From the NCBI GenBank assembly GCA_041744215.1, contig JBGTLG010000004.1:47637-111636 (forward strand): DNA of 64,000 nt. Reading direction: 5' to 3'. The DNA comes from Fimbriimonadales bacterium (GTDB lineage Bacteria > Armatimonadota > Fimbriimonadia > Fimbriimonadales > ATM1). Every line of letters begins with the position of its first letter. Position 1 is the first letter of the stretch. The translations under genes and the position numbers were made by a program. Positions 1 to 10,429 of this stretch are shown one piece after another. The notes beneath the pieces are model-generated. The model made no database searches and was not told where the DNA came from. It saw only the letters and a program-made list of their open reading frames with translations.

Positions 1-160
1 GAGACTCTTTCTTCAAAGCGACCTGATCGGCGCAGGCATGAAGATGATCCTTCCCCGCGGCATTCCTGCACTAAGTCTTTACTCCTCGCTCGACGGCGGC
101 TACCTGGCTCTGTACGACGAGAAGGGCAACACGGTGCAGCGACTGCCTAAGAGCGACTGA
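1..160 (+). CDS. 3' end of a hypothetical protein (partial, runs off window start)
   Basis: Frame 2 open from the window edge to TGA at 158-160 (...GGYLALYDEKGNTVQRLPKSD*); converges on the antiporter gene. Confidence 0.55.
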   Translation, partial: RLFLQSDLIGAGMKMILPRGIPALSLYSSLDGGYLALYDEKGNTVQRLPKSD

Positions 161-168
161 CGTGAAAG

Positions 169-1854
169 TTAGCGTCTCTCCATACTCTCAACCAACCGTT
201 CGACAGCCTCGACGCCGGCATCTTCAAATGGCATAAAAACAAAGTTCGCACCTCGGTCGATGAGCCACTGCTTGTCGACGTCGTTGTGTGCGGTTACGGC
301 TATGTTGCGTCGGTAGCTGTTCGATCGCAACGCGTGAACGAGCGATGCGCCGATATCTCTGTCCGGCACAGTGCTGACTATCCACTTGGCGGATGCCAAT
401 GGCAGGCTCGCAGCGAACTCCGCGTCGGTGGCATCGCCATATCTTACGGGAAAGCCATTTGCGGCGCAGGTTCGAATCGCAATTGGATCGAAGTCGATTC
501 CGAGCCCCTCAAAACCCTTCTCCTTTAGTCCCCGCAGGATAGTTCTTCCAAACCTGCCAACGCCAAAAACTAAAACGTCTGGACGGACTGCTGATTCGAC
601 ATCCTGTCGATCCTCGCGGTGGACGACGTTCCGCTCGAAGATCCGCAAATACGGCGATAGCTTCTCGTACAGAAAGTGTGAATACATGATCATGTAAGTT
701 GATAGGCCTATCGTCGTGAGGCCCACCAGCGTGACGAGACCAACGTGATCATTTGTCACGTGCCCAATCGCCAGTCCGAGTGCGATCATGATGAGCGAGA
801 ATTCGCTGATTTGCGCAACCGTCAATCCGGCCAGGAATCCAGTTCGTTTTCGGTAGCCCATCGCACCCATGATGATCATTACAATAAGCGGATTTCCTAT
901 CAGCACAAACGCGGACAGAGTTATTGCGGCTGGAACTTGAGCTCCCAGTTGTCCAAGCTGAAGCTGAGACCCCAAGTCGACAAAGAAGAACAGCAGCAAA
1001 AAATCGCGAACGCTGACGAGCCTCGACGCGACTGCCTCGCGATATGGAGTTGAGGCGATCGACACACCCGCCAGAAAGGCACCAACTTCTTTACTGAATC
1101 CAAGGAGGTCGCCCGCCGCGCCGAGCGCGAACGCCCAAGCGATTGAAAACAGAACTAGCAGCTCCGGCGACTTCGCGATTACCTGCATCAGTTGCGGAAG
1201 CCCAATTCGCATCAGCAGCGAAACCAGGCCGAGAAACCCAAGGCCTTTTGCCAAGACTAGCCCAAACTCGGCGGTTGCGTTGCGATCGGCATCGCCTGTG
1301 CCAAGTGCAGCCAAGAAAATCATTGCCAGCACGACAACGATGTCTTGAACGATCAAGAAGCCCACCGCGATCCGCCCGTGGAGCGAGTCGAGTTCTCGCT
1401 TGTCCGACAGCAGCTTGACAATGATGATCGTACTGGAAAATGTGAGCGCGACAGCAATGTAGATAGCGGGGATCTGTTCGACACCCATCCCGATTAAGAT
1501 CAGGTACCCAATGATCGAAGTAAAAGCAACTTGCCCCAACCCAGTCGCGAGAGACACCGGACCTAACGTCCTAATGAGGTGGACATCCAGCTTCAACCCG
1601 ACCACAAAGAGAAGTATCGCAATCCCCATCTCGGAGAGTAACTTCATTTCGTGACCCTTTGCGTCCTGGCCCAATCCTTGCGTCTCGCCGACCAGGCCAA
1701 GCACCGAGGGTCCAGCAACTATCCCCACTGCGATGAAGATCACAATCAGGGGCTGTCGCAGCAGGAGGCCGATCGCCCCAAAGGTCGCTGCCAAAAGCAC
1801 GAGAGCGGCGAACGTATGGAACGCGGTCTGCTGGAAGAACTCCACGGTCGGCAC
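169..1854 (-). CDS. Cation:proton antiporter (CPA2, KefB/KefC-like) with C-terminal TrkA-N/KTN domain
   Basis: ~13 TM segments, FSSTIIIVK and IVQDI motifs, C-terminal GVGRFG and YGDATD Rossmann motifs. Confidence 0.92.
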   Translation of the reverse strand: MPTVEFFQQTAFHTFAALVLLAATFGAIGLLLRQPLIVIFIAVGIVAGPSVLGLVGETQGLGQDAKGHEMKLLSEMGIAILLFVVGLKLDVHLIRTLGPVSLATGLGQVAFTSIIGYLILIGMGVEQIPAIYIAVALTFSSTIIIVKLLSDKRELDSLHGRIAVGFLIVQDIVVVLAMIFLAALGTGDADRNATAEFGLVLAKGLGFLGLVSLLMRIGLPQLMQVIAKSPELLVLFSIAWAFALGAAGDLLGFSKEVGAFLAGVSIASTPYREAVASRLVSVRDFLLLFFFVDLGSQLQLGQLGAQVPAAITLSAFVLIGNPLIVMIIMGAMGYRKRTGFLAGLTVAQISEFSLIMIALGLAIGHVTNDHVGLVTLVGLTTIGLSTYMIMYSHFLYEKLSPYLRIFERNVVHREDRQDVESAVRPDVLVFGVGRFGRTILRGLKEKGFEGLGIDFDPIAIRTCAANGFPVRYGDATDAEFAASLPLASAKWIVSTVPDRDIGASLVHALRSNSYRRNIAVTAHNDVDKQWLIDRGANFVFMPFEDAGVEAVERLVESMERR

Positions 1855-1913
1855 GGTGACGCGGTTATAGCATCGAATCTGTTGTGCCTTCTATCGGGGG
1901 ATCCTCCAGGAAG

Positions 1914-1955
1914 TGTGGAAAAGACGTGGAAATGAGGTGGGGGACGGGTGGGAAG
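1914..1955. promoter_or_regulatory. DnaA-box-like array (one consensus box, three degenerate) at 11-bp period
   Basis: TGTGGAAAA at 1914-1922 (reverse complement TTTTCCACA fits TTWTNCACA); GTGG recurs at 1915, 1926, 1937, 1948. Confidence 0.55.
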
Positions 1956-1985
1956 CAGATTTTTTGAAAATTGTCCTTGCTTCCC

Positions 1986-2014
1986 TTGACACGCGAGATA
2001 TTGTGTGGCACACT
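1986..2014 (+). promoter_or_regulatory. Sigma70-type promoter for nrdR-nrdJ
   Basis: TTGACA 1986-1991, 17-bp spacer, TG-n-CACACT (extended -10) 2006-2014. Confidence 0.6.
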
Positions 2015-2037
2015 ATAGCAGTACCCAGATATGGGTA
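1991..2037. promoter_or_regulatory. Tandem NrdR boxes
   Basis: acgCgAgATaTtGtgt (1991-2006) and tacCcAgATaTgGgta (2022-2037) match acaCwAtATaTwGtgt; starts 31 bp apart, the typical NrdR spacing; directly upstream of nrdR. Confidence 0.85.
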
Positions 2038-2071
2038 CGCCCCCCTTCCCAGGAAGGGATAGGAACCCCGA

Positions 2072-2569
2072 ATGAAGTGCCCCTGTTGCGGCTACCCCGA
2101 AGATAAGGTCATCGACTCTCGATCGGCTAGGGACGGGGCCGCCATCCGCCGCCGAAGAGAATGCCTAAAGTGCGGCTACAGGTACACAACGTTCGAAGAG
2201 GTTGAGCAAAGACGCCTGATCGTCGTCAAGAAGGATGGCCGGCGCGAGCCGTTCCAAAGGGCGAAGATTCTCTCCAGCATGGAGATAGCGTGCCGCAAGC
2301 GTCCAGTTCCCACAGCAATCTTAGCCGCTGCCTCGGAGGATGTCGAGAGGCGGCTGATCGAGATGCCTGAAGACGAGTTCTCGAGCGTAGAAATCGGTGA
2401 GCTGATCCTTGAGCGACTTGGCGACATTGATCCGGTGGCCTACATCCGTTTTGCAAGTGTTTATCGCGAATTCGACGATCCGGAAGAGTTTAGGGAATTC
2501 GTCGCTGCGCTCAAGCGCAGACGAAAACCTACCCGTGCTCGTGGCGTGCCGGAACCTATCGCGAAATAG
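2072..2569 (+). CDS. nrdR: Transcriptional repressor NrdR
   Basis: CPCCG...DSR...IRRRRECLKCGYRYTTFE zinc ribbon plus ATP cone (VVKKDGRRE, VAYIRFASVYREF). Confidence 0.98.
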   Translation: MKCPCCGYPEDKVIDSRSARDGAAIRRRRECLKCGYRYTTFEEVEQRRLIVVKKDGRREPFQRAKILSSMEIACRKRPVPTAILAAASEDVERRLIEMPEDEFSSVEIGELILERLGDIDPVAYIRFASVYREFDDPEEFREFVAALKRRRKPTRARGVPEPIAK

Positions 2570-2627
2570 CAAAGGAAGAAACTGCGCAAAGGGCGATAGC
2601 CCCAACACTCCAGGGAGGACAAGGTAA

Positions 2628-5600
2628 ATGAAAATCAATCGACGGTTCACGAAGTCTGGCAGCGATGCTTACGAGGGCATCGAGTTTGTCTCACGCAAAT
2701 CGGAGATCCGAAACACGGATGGGTCCAGCGTGTTCTCGATGGAAGACATCATGGTGCCCACGGGATGGTCGCAAGTTGCGACAGACATCCTTGCACAGAA
2801 GTACTTCAGAAAAGCAGGTGTTCCACAGGAGGACGGGTCGACCGGATCAGAACGAGATTCCCGGCAGGTTTTCAATCGCCTTGCAGGCTGCTGGCGGTTC
2901 TGGGGCGAGAAGCACGGCTACTTCGACACGGAAGCGGACGCCCAGGCGTTTTGCGACGAACTATGCAACATGATGGCTCGCCAAATGGCTGCTCCTAACA
3001 GCCCGCAGTGGTTCAACACTGGACTTCACTATGCTTATGGGATCACCGGACCGGCGCAGGGGCACTATTACGTCGACCCGGAGACCGGCGAAGTCAAAAA
3101 GAGCGAAAACGCGTACGAGCGACCGCAGCCCCACGCGTGCTTCATTCTTTCCGTCAAAGACGATCTCGTAGGGCAAGGCGGTATCATGGACCTTTGGACG
3201 CGTGAGGCTCGCATCTTCAAATATGGGAGCGGCGTTGGGACAAATTTCTCGAGTCTCCGAGGTGAAGGTGAATCGCTAAGTGGCGGAGGAAAGTCGAGCG
3301 GGCTGATGTCGTTCCTGCGTGTCGGCGACAGGAGCGCGGGGGCGGTTAAGTCTGGCGGCACGACTCGGCGCGCCGCGAAGATGGTCTGTCTCGATGTCGA
3401 TCATCCAGATATCGAAGACTTTATAGATTGGAAAGTGATAGAAGAGCAAAAGGTCGCGTCGCTGGTGGCGGGATCAAAGCTCTGCAACCTTCACCTAAAC
3501 GCAATAATCAAGGCATGCCATGGGTGGCGAAACGAAGATGAGAGGTTCGACGCCAGGAAAAACGACGAACTGCGAGTCGCGATCGCTGCGGCGAAAGGAG
3601 CAGAGGTTCCACTCAATTACATTCAGAGAGTTATTCAACTTGCTGAGCAAGGCTACAAAGGCATCGAGTTTCCCATCTACGATAGCGATTGGAACTCTGA
3701 AGCCTATCTCACTGTCAGCGGACAGAACTCGAACAACTCCATTCGAGTTTCGAATGACTTTCTCAAGACTGTCGAAGCAGGCGGCGATTGGAATCTCACT
3801 AATCGCACAACCGGCGAAGTGGCAAAGAAAGTAAGCGCTAAAGAGATTTGGGATTCGATTTGTTTCTCCGCATGGTCGTGTGCCGATCCAGGTCTGCAAT
3901 ACGATACTACAATAAACGAGTGGCACACTTGTCCGGAAGGAGGGAAGATCAACGCTAGCAACCCCTGCAGCGAGTATATGTTCCTCGATGACACTGCCTG
4001 CAATCTAGCGAGCCTCAATCTTTGCTCATTCTATGATCCGACCACGCAAACGTTTGATGTCGAAAGCTACAAGCACGCAATCCACCTCTGGACAATCGTT
4101 CTTGAGATCAGCGTGCTTATGGCACAGTTTCCCAGCAAGGAGATTGCACAGCTCTCATACGACTATCGAACGCTTGGGCTGGGATATGCAAATCTCGGCG
4201 CGCTGCTCATGCAGATGGGCATACCTTACGACAGCCCTCAGGGCAACGCGATCACGGGCTGTCTGACCGCGATTCTTGGGGGCGAATCGTACGCGACGTC
4301 TTCCGAGCTCGCACGAGAAATCGGCCCGTTCCCTCGGTATCACAAGAATCGTGACCATATGTTGCGAGTGATTCGGAATCACCGGCGCGCAGCATACAAT
4401 ACTGGCCCGAACGAATACGAAGGCCTCAGTACGGCGCCAATGGGAATCGACCCCGACGAGGCACCGACAGAGATGCTCAAAGCCGCACGCGTAGCGTGGG
4501 ATCGCGCGCTTGAACTCGGCGAAGCACACGGATATCGGAATGCGCAAGTTACGGTGCTCGCGCCGACAGGAACGATCGGTTTGATCATGGACTGTGACAC
4601 GACCGGGATCGAGCCTGACTTTGCCCTCGTAAAGTTCAAGAAACTTGCGGGTGGTGGCTACTTCAAAATCATCAACCAGTCCGTGCCGATAGCACTTGAA
4701 CGGCTGGGCTACAACATGGAGCAAGTCGAAGACATCATCAGCTATTGCATGGGCTCAGGAACTCTCCTCGGATCTCCGACGATCACACACGATGACCTCA
4801 AACAACGGGGATTCGATGATGAAGCGATTGATAGGCTCGAGAAAGCGCTGGCATCCTCATTCGAAATCAACTTCGCCTTCAATCACTATGTCCTTGGGCG
4901 TGACTTCTGCATTGACAAACTCGGCCTATCAGCTGAGCAAATTGATGACTGGAGCTTCAATCTGCTCCTTGCGCTCGGGTTCTCACAGGACGACATTGAT
5001 GAGGCGAACAACTACGTCTGCGGGACCATGACCGTCGAAGGTGCACCACACCTTCGCCTCGAGCACTACTCCATTTTTGACTGCGCAAACAAGTGCGGCA
5101 AGATCGGAAAAAGATACATCACATATGAAGGACACATCCGAGCGATGGCGGCCGCACAGCCATTCATTAGTGGTGCGATTAGCAAGACCATCAATCTGCC
5201 GAGCAACGCGCTCGTTGATGATATTGCGAAGGCCTATGTGCTGAGTTGGAAGCTTGGGCTAAAAGCGAACGCACTGTATCGCGATGGCTCAAAGCTGAGC
5301 CAGCCCCTAAACAGCGCGCTTGACGATGCGGCGGCAGCGATCATGGAAATCGACTCGACCTTGTCTCTGCCCGCGCAGCACGCGCAGAAACTTGTGTACC
5401 GTTACATTGCCAAGCGGCGGTTGCTGCCTGCTCGTCGTCGCGGCTACACCCAGAAGGCGAGAGTTGGCGGACACAAAGTCTATTTGAGGACCGGAGAGTA
5501 CGAAGACGGATCGCTCGGCGAAATCTTTGTCGACATGCATCGTGAAGGAGCAGCATTCAGAAGCCTTATGAATTGCTTCGCGATCTCAATCTCCCTAGGC

Positions 5601-6119
5601 TTGCAATACGGTGTGCCGCTCGAAGAGTTCGTCGATGCATTTTGTTTCACTCGATTTGAGCCCAACGGAATGGTCGGCGGCAACGATCACATCAAGATGG
5701 CTACGTCCGTGATCGACTACATCTTCCGAGAACTTGCTGTAACGTACCTCGGTCGCGCCGACTTCATGCACGTTTCGCCGGAAGACCTGAGAAGTGACAC
5801 GATCGGGAAACCGCAGCAGGAGGCCGACTTCACCGAGGAAGTGATTGTTGACGAGAACCACGGAGATCGCCCAGTACCAGGGCAAACAACCGAGAACCAC
5901 GAGGGTGCGGGATTCAGACCGGATCGCCCTAATGGGCACGCTCTCTCGGAGCCAATTCGTGTGGCATCTGGAGGGGCCGAAATCGAGGCGAAGATTCGAC
6001 AGGCGCGCCTTCAGGGTTATGAGGGTGATCCCTGTAACGAGTGCGGCCAATTCACGCTCGTTAGAAATGGCACATGCCTGAAGTGCCAGTCTTGTGGCGC
6101 TACGAGCGGATGCTCCTAA
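2628..6119 (+). CDS. nrdJ: Class II (adenosylcobalamin-dependent) ribonucleotide reductase with C-terminal TSCPD domain and Zn ribbon
   Basis: [37 protein letters not shown] motifs; C-terminal CNECG...CLKCQSCG. Confidence 0.97.
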   Translation: MKINRRFTKSGSDAYEGIEFVSRKSEIRNTDGSSVFSMEDIMVPTGWSQVATDILAQKYFRKAGVPQEDGSTGSERDSRQVFNRLAGCWRFWGEKHGYFDTEADAQAFCDELCNMMARQMAAPNSPQWFNTGLHYAYGITGPAQGHYYVDPETGEVKKSENAYERPQPHACFILSVKDDLVGQGGIMDLWTREARIFKYGSGVGTNFSSLRGEGESLSGGGKSSGLMSFLRVGDRSAGAVKSGGTTRRAAKMVCLDVDHPDIEDFIDWKVIEEQKVASLVAGSKLCNLHLNAIIKACHGWRNEDERFDARKNDELRVAIAAAKGAEVPLNYIQRVIQLAEQGYKGIEFPIYDSDWNSEAYLTVSGQNSNNSIRVSNDFLKTVEAGGDWNLTNRTTGEVAKKVSAKEIWDSICFSAWSCADPGLQYDTTINEWHTCPEGGKINASNPCSEYMFLDDTACNLASLNLCSFYDPTTQTFDVESYKHAIHLWTIVLEISVLMAQFPSKEIAQLSYDYRTLGLGYANLGALLMQMGIPYDSPQGNAITGCLTAILGGESYATSSELAREIGPFPRYHKNRDHMLRVIRNHRRAAYNTGPNEYEGLSTAPMGIDPDEAPTEMLKAARVAWDRALELGEAHGYRNAQVTVLAPTGTIGLIMDCDTTGIEPDFALVKFKKLAGGGYFKIINQSVPIALERLGYNMEQVEDIISYCMGSGTLLGSPTITHDDLKQRGFDDEAIDRLEKALASSFEINFAFNHYVLGRDFCIDKLGLSAEQIDDWSFNLLLALGFSQDDIDEANNYVCGTMTVEGAPHLRLEHYSIFDCANKCGKIGKRYITYEGHIRAMAAAQPFISGAISKTINLPSNALVDDIAKAYVLSWKLGLKANALYRDGSKLSQPLNSALDDAAAAIMEIDSTLSLPAQHAQKLVYRYIAKRRLLPARRRGYTQKARVGGHKVYLRTGEYEDGSLGEIFVDMHREGAAFRSLMNCFAISISLGLQYGVPLEEFVDAFCFTRFEPNGMVGGNDHIKMATSVIDYIFRELAVTYLGRADFMHVSPEDLRSDTIGKPQQEADFTEEVIVDENHGDRPVPGQTTENHEGAGFRPDRPNGHALSEPIRVASGGAEIEAKIRQARLQGYEGDPCNECGQFTLVRNGTCLKCQSCGATSGCS

Positions 6120-6135
6120 CAAAGATAAGGCGAAA

Positions 6136-6160
6136 GCCCAGTATTTTTACTGGGCCTTTT
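6136..6160 (+). terminator. Intrinsic terminator after nrdJ
   Basis: GCCCAGTA-TTTT-TACTGGGC followed by CTTTT. Confidence 0.75.
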
Positions 6161-6210
6161 GGCCGTCGTCTTGCCGTATCGTAGATACGCATAGGAGAGT
6201 GCATATCTAA

Positions 6211-7428
6211 ATGAGACAGGTCTTGCGTTTTTCGCTGGGCTCGGTAGCCCTCGCCCTTTGCTTTATCCCGCGGGCGATCGTCCCTGACCTTCCAACGTCT
6301 AACTGGCCCTACGCCGGTCAGTTTGGGACAGCCACCCAGAAGTGGTCAGGCGTTGCGATTGGTGATAGATGGGTACTGACCGCCCGTCACGTCGCGTTTA
6401 TGGGTGACACTGAAGGCCGATTTGTGATGGACGGTGGTCCCGAGTACGCGAGCATTAGAGTCTACAGGCACCCAACCGACGATCTTGCTGTCATCGAGTT
6501 TCCTAACCCTCTTCCCGGCTGGTACCCAATCTACACCGGATCGTCGGAGATCGGTATGGTCGGCGAAGTCATCGGTTACGGCATAACGGGAGAAATCGTA
6601 GGAGGAGAGTACCAGTACACTGGCAACGGCGGAACAAAACGGGCCGGCAGAAACCGCCTTTCACTCTCACAGTTTGTTCAGTTTACTGAAATCCAGGGAG
6701 TGTTTCTGATATGCGATTTTGACGGAAGTGGTCGTGACACCTTCGGTGACGGCGGACCTGTTATGAATGAGTGCACGCTTGGAAGCGGAGACTCGGGCGG
6801 ACCTACGCTCGTCAACGATGGCGGAGTCTGGAAAGTTGCTGGAGTTCATAGCTGGGTGGGGAACGTTACAGGCGGACCAACTGCGCCCAGGCATGGCTCT
6901 GTCTTCGGCGACATTCAGGTGTCAAATTACGCGGCGTGGATCAATTCGATTGTCCCCCAGCGCGTAACGCCGACTATCTTGAATGTGAATCCGGGCATCA
7001 TTGTTGGCGGTGATGTCGGATCGCTCGCATTCAGCGACAACGTTCGCGTCCGAATCCGAGAGGTGCCGCCGCTCGCGCTCGGTGCGCCTTCGGTGCGCGC
7101 CGTCATTGACGGAGTGTCACCGATCCTCGCACCGGGCACTCTGACGTTTCGCATCGAGACCTCTACGTCGGCTGTTCCCGCTTCGAGTTTGTTGCAACGC
7201 ATAGAGATGCGGAACTTTCAAACAGGAGTCTGGGAATTGGTGGATCAACGGTCAACCACATCCGGCGACAATATGATCGTGATCACTCCGGCAGGCTCAG
7301 CTTCGAGGTTCGTGGAGCCTATCACTGGAGTTGTTCGCTCACGGGCATCCTGGTTCGACCCAGGCACGTTGTTTAGTTTCGGTTGGGAGGTGCGGATTGA
7401 CATGGCCATTTGGGAGGTTCTGCCTTGA
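6211..7428 (+). CDS. Secreted trypsin-like (S1) serine protease with a conserved 152-aa C-terminal domain
   Basis: Signal peptide; catalytic triad motifs WVLTARH, DLAVI, GDSGGP; C-terminal domain homologous to that of the next gene. Confidence 0.88.
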   Translation: MRQVLRFSLGSVALALCFIPRAIVPDLPTSNWPYAGQFGTATQKWSGVAIGDRWVLTARHVAFMGDTEGRFVMDGGPEYASIRVYRHPTDDLAVIEFPNPLPGWYPIYTGSSEIGMVGEVIGYGITGEIVGGEYQYTGNGGTKRAGRNRLSLSQFVQFTEIQGVFLICDFDGSGRDTFGDGGPVMNECTLGSGDSGGPTLVNDGGVWKVAGVHSWVGNVTGGPTAPRHGSVFGDIQVSNYAAWINSIVPQRVTPTILNVNPGIIVGGDVGSLAFSDNVRVRIREVPPLALGAPSVRAVIDGVSPILAPGTLTFRIETSTSAVPASSLLQRIEMRNFQTGVWELVDQRSTTSGDNMIVITPAGSASRFVEPITGVVRSRASWFDPGTLFSFGWEVRIDMAIWEVLP

Positions 7429-7550
7429 GCCTCCTCGCAATCATGCCGGAAACCCTCGGTCCAACGAGATTCGAAGACATCAGTATCACATAATGAACAA
7501 CAGTTGATGCCGAGATTGGTCAACAACCAATCTGATAAAGGAGAACAAAA

Positions 7551-8612
7551 GTGAAGGTTTGTAGAATTCGATGGGCAGTCTTGGTGGCAGCATCTCTCGT
7601 GGCGGCGCTGGCCTCTGCGGTGACGCTCGGACAGGTTGATGACTTCCAAGACGGGACGCTCATGTTCTGGGGCGGCGGAGCGGCGTTGACGAACGTAGCG
7701 AATGGCGGGCCGAATGGCGCGGGCGACCGCTTCCTCCAGATTCAGTCAAATGGGGGCAGTGGACCAGGGAGCCGACTCGCGACGTTGAACACGAACCAAT
7801 GGTCGGGTGACTACATCGCAGCAGGTGTACAGGCGGTGGAAATGCACCTCAACAACTTCTCCGCACAGGATCTTCACATGCGCATTGTCGTTTTTGGTCC
7901 AGGTTTGGCGACTCAGTGGACCTCAGCGCAGGCGGTTGTTCTGCCCGCTGGATCTGGTTGGAGAAGGGTAACGTTTCTTCTTACTCAAAGCGCATTGACA
8001 CGAGTGTCAGGCACCGACAGTTACACGACATGCCTGAGTAACGCCTCCCAGCTGATGATTCGCCACAATGTCAACGCTTCTTCCGGCGGAGACCCAATCG
8101 CCGCGACGATGGGCATGGACAACGTAACCGCTGTCGTAGGACCAACTCTGCTTCCTAATGTTTTCCAGATACTGACCGGTGTCCCTCAGTCCGGAAACGT
8201 GCAGTCACTTTGGTTCCAGGACACGGATCGACTGGTTGTGCGCGAGGCTCCTCCGATTGCTCTTGGCTTACCATCGGTAGACATTCGCATCGACGGAACA
8301 TCGCTTCTTACAACTGTAAGCGGGATGAGCCTCCGCGTCGTCACATCGACCAGCGCGGTCCCTGCGGCTGCGACAACGCAGGTCGTTCAAATGCGTAACT
8401 TCTCGGCTAGCATCTGGGAAACGGTCGACACGCGTGCTGGGACCGGTAGTGACAACGCGATTGTCATCACCCCCACTGGGGACCCGAATCGGTTCATCCA
8501 AAGTGGCACGAGATTGGTTCAGGTTCGAATCCGCTGGTTCGACCCCGGCACTCTGTTCACTTTTGGGTGGGTCGGACGCATTAACCAAGTCAACTGGCTG
8601 ACCACGCCGTAG
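7551..8612 (+). CDS. Secreted protein: N-terminal beta-sandwich domain plus the same C-terminal domain as 6211-7428
   Basis: AAGGAG RBS before GTG; signal peptide; WFDPGTLF(S/T)FGW motif shared with the upstream protein. Confidence 0.85.
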   Translation: MKVCRIRWAVLVAASLVAALASAVTLGQVDDFQDGTLMFWGGGAALTNVANGGPNGAGDRFLQIQSNGGSGPGSRLATLNTNQWSGDYIAAGVQAVEMHLNNFSAQDLHMRIVVFGPGLATQWTSAQAVVLPAGSGWRRVTFLLTQSALTRVSGTDSYTTCLSNASQLMIRHNVNASSGGDPIAATMGMDNVTAVVGPTLLPNVFQILTGVPQSGNVQSLWFQDTDRLVVREAPPIALGLPSVDIRIDGTSLLTTVSGMSLRVVTSTSAVPAAATTQVVQMRNFSASIWETVDTRAGTGSDNAIVITPTGDPNRFIQSGTRLVQVRIRWFDPGTLFTFGWVGRINQVNWLTTP

Positions 8613-8671
8613 TTGAGGGAGCAAGGTGCGACGCCTCATCCCACACGCTGTGGTATGGGGCGAACCGCCTA

Positions 8672-10408
8672 TTGGAAACCGATCGCGACCTTGAAGGGGT
8701 AGTTTACGCGGACATGGCCCAGGAAGGTGGCGAAGGATCCCCACAACTCGACGCAGCGCGGATGCTGGAGTTCGCGTCGTACGTGCGCGATTTGCCCACC
8801 GCCGCCGAGCAAGACCCTAGGGACCTCGCGAAGAGATTTGGGCTCCCAGAGGAACTCGTCCGGGAGTCCCTGCGAGTCGCGAGCAAGCGGGAAAGGCGAA
8901 CGGAGAGGCAGCCCTCCGGAAGAACGAGGCGGAGCGTGCGATCCGCGATGTCGCGCTTCTGCAGCTTTCTCTATGCGAGGCCAGTCGTCAACTCAGCTTT
9001 TTTGGGCGTGTTCGCGTCGGTTGCCTCGGATGTCAGTTCGCGGCTGGATCAGGTAGCCGCAAACATCCTCCTCGCTTGCGCCTTCACGCTCGCTGGCGGG
9101 CTGCTCCTGTTGGTCAACGGCCTGCGTGGGCAGGCTCGTTACGCGGTGCTCACATCGTTCGCTTCAGTCGGCTGTTGGATGGGAGGCAGCATTCTGTTTA
9201 GGGTTCTCGATGGGCGATCGATGAGCTTGCTTCAAACGCTGTGGCTATCCGCCGTGGTTCTCTTCCTTACCGCCCTGCTTGCAATGTTTCTCAGTCTTGC
9301 TGCGATGCTCGGAGCATTCATCAAGATTCGGCGCGAAGCAAGCCATGAGGAGAAGCAGGACCGCCTTCAATTGCTCCAGCGGATCTTCTACCTGCAAGAG
9401 CAGCTTTCCGCTGCCCCAGCCTCGCGATGGCATCGTTCTAGGTGGGACTGGGTCGAGTCCGCGCGGAACCGGTGGCCCTGGATTGCACTCGCAGCGGGAT
9501 TTGGCGTTGGCTTTATTCTTCTGCTTGAGAGAGTGACATTGGGATTGCCTACTATCGACGAAGCTCCTCAAACAGTCGCCTTTTTCGGCGTCGCAAACTT
9601 CTTACTCATCGCAATTGTTGTCCCATCCATTGGCTTTATCTCGGGCACGCTTTCACGCGGATTAGCGTCCGGCGTTCTATTCGCCGTGACAAAGTCGCTG
9701 TTTGATGTCATCGCAAACGGAGTCCCACAATCCTCCGCACTCTGGACGGAGTTGGTAATCACGTCCGCATGGTTTGTCCTCATTGCAGGTATTGGCGGCG
9801 TGGCAGGAACAATCGAGGAGCGGGGCCAACGATCACGGCGTCTTGCAGCAGCGGACCAAACAACAATTCTCAGCGAGATTATCCGGCTCCAGCAGTTATT
9901 GCAGACGGGCTCGGCCGAAATCTTCGTAATGTTTGCCGATGTCGTCAAAAGCACACAAATCAAGGCTGGCAAAGATCCGCTCAAGATAGAAGCATCATTT
10001 CGCGCCTTCCACGACTTCATTGGTCGTACGGTGCGCCAGCACGGTGGGTCGATACACAGCGTTTCTGGAGACGGCGCAGTCGCAAAGTTTAGCGTCGCCG
10101 CAGACATCTTAGCTGCGGCACGCGCTGTCCAACGGGACATCGACGGATTCAACACAGCCGCAAATCGCCTCGACCTGCCGTTTCGAGTCCGAATCGGATT
10201 GCATTGTGGCGAAGTCCATGGAGAATTGGATCAAGTCGTGTTCACCAATGTCGTCGACATCGCGGCGCACATCGAAAAGTACGCGCCGCCGGGGGGGATT
10301 GTAGTTACAGACAACCTGAAGGAACAGCTTCCGAATGAGCGCTTCGCCCAACTCGAGGAGGCAGTCGACGGGCATAGCGTTTACCTCGTTCTCGACCTTG
10401 GCCCTTAG
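8672..10408 (+). CDS. Membrane protein with class III adenylate/guanylate cyclase-like domain (non-canonical active site)
   Basis: ~8 TM segments; FADVVKST, GDG, RVRIGLHCGEV motifs. Confidence 0.85.
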   Translation: METDRDLEGVVYADMAQEGGEGSPQLDAARMLEFASYVRDLPTAAEQDPRDLAKRFGLPEELVRESLRVASKRERRTERQPSGRTRRSVRSAMSRFCSFLYARPVVNSAFLGVFASVASDVSSRLDQVAANILLACAFTLAGGLLLLVNGLRGQARYAVLTSFASVGCWMGGSILFRVLDGRSMSLLQTLWLSAVVLFLTALLAMFLSLAAMLGAFIKIRREASHEEKQDRLQLLQRIFYLQEQLSAAPASRWHRSRWDWVESARNRWPWIALAAGFGVGFILLLERVTLGLPTIDEAPQTVAFFGVANFLLIAIVVPSIGFISGTLSRGLASGVLFAVTKSLFDVIANGVPQSSALWTELVITSAWFVLIAGIGGVAGTIEERGQRSRRLAAADQTTILSEIIRLQQLLQTGSAEIFVMFADVVKSTQIKAGKDPLKIEASFRAFHDFIGRTVRQHGGSIHSVSGDGAVAKFSVAADILAAARAVQRDIDGFNTAANRLDLPFRVRIGLHCGEVHGELDQVVFTNVVDIAAHIEKYAPPGGIVVTDNLKEQLPNERFAQLEEAVDGHSVYLVLDLGP

Positions 10409-10429
10409 GTCGCGGTAACCTATCGCCTC

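Noticed and set aside
2628-6119. Intein or cobalamin riboswitch associated with nrdJ
   Set aside because: No C...HN intein ends or LAGLIDADG motifs; upstream spacers are short and lack B12-box features
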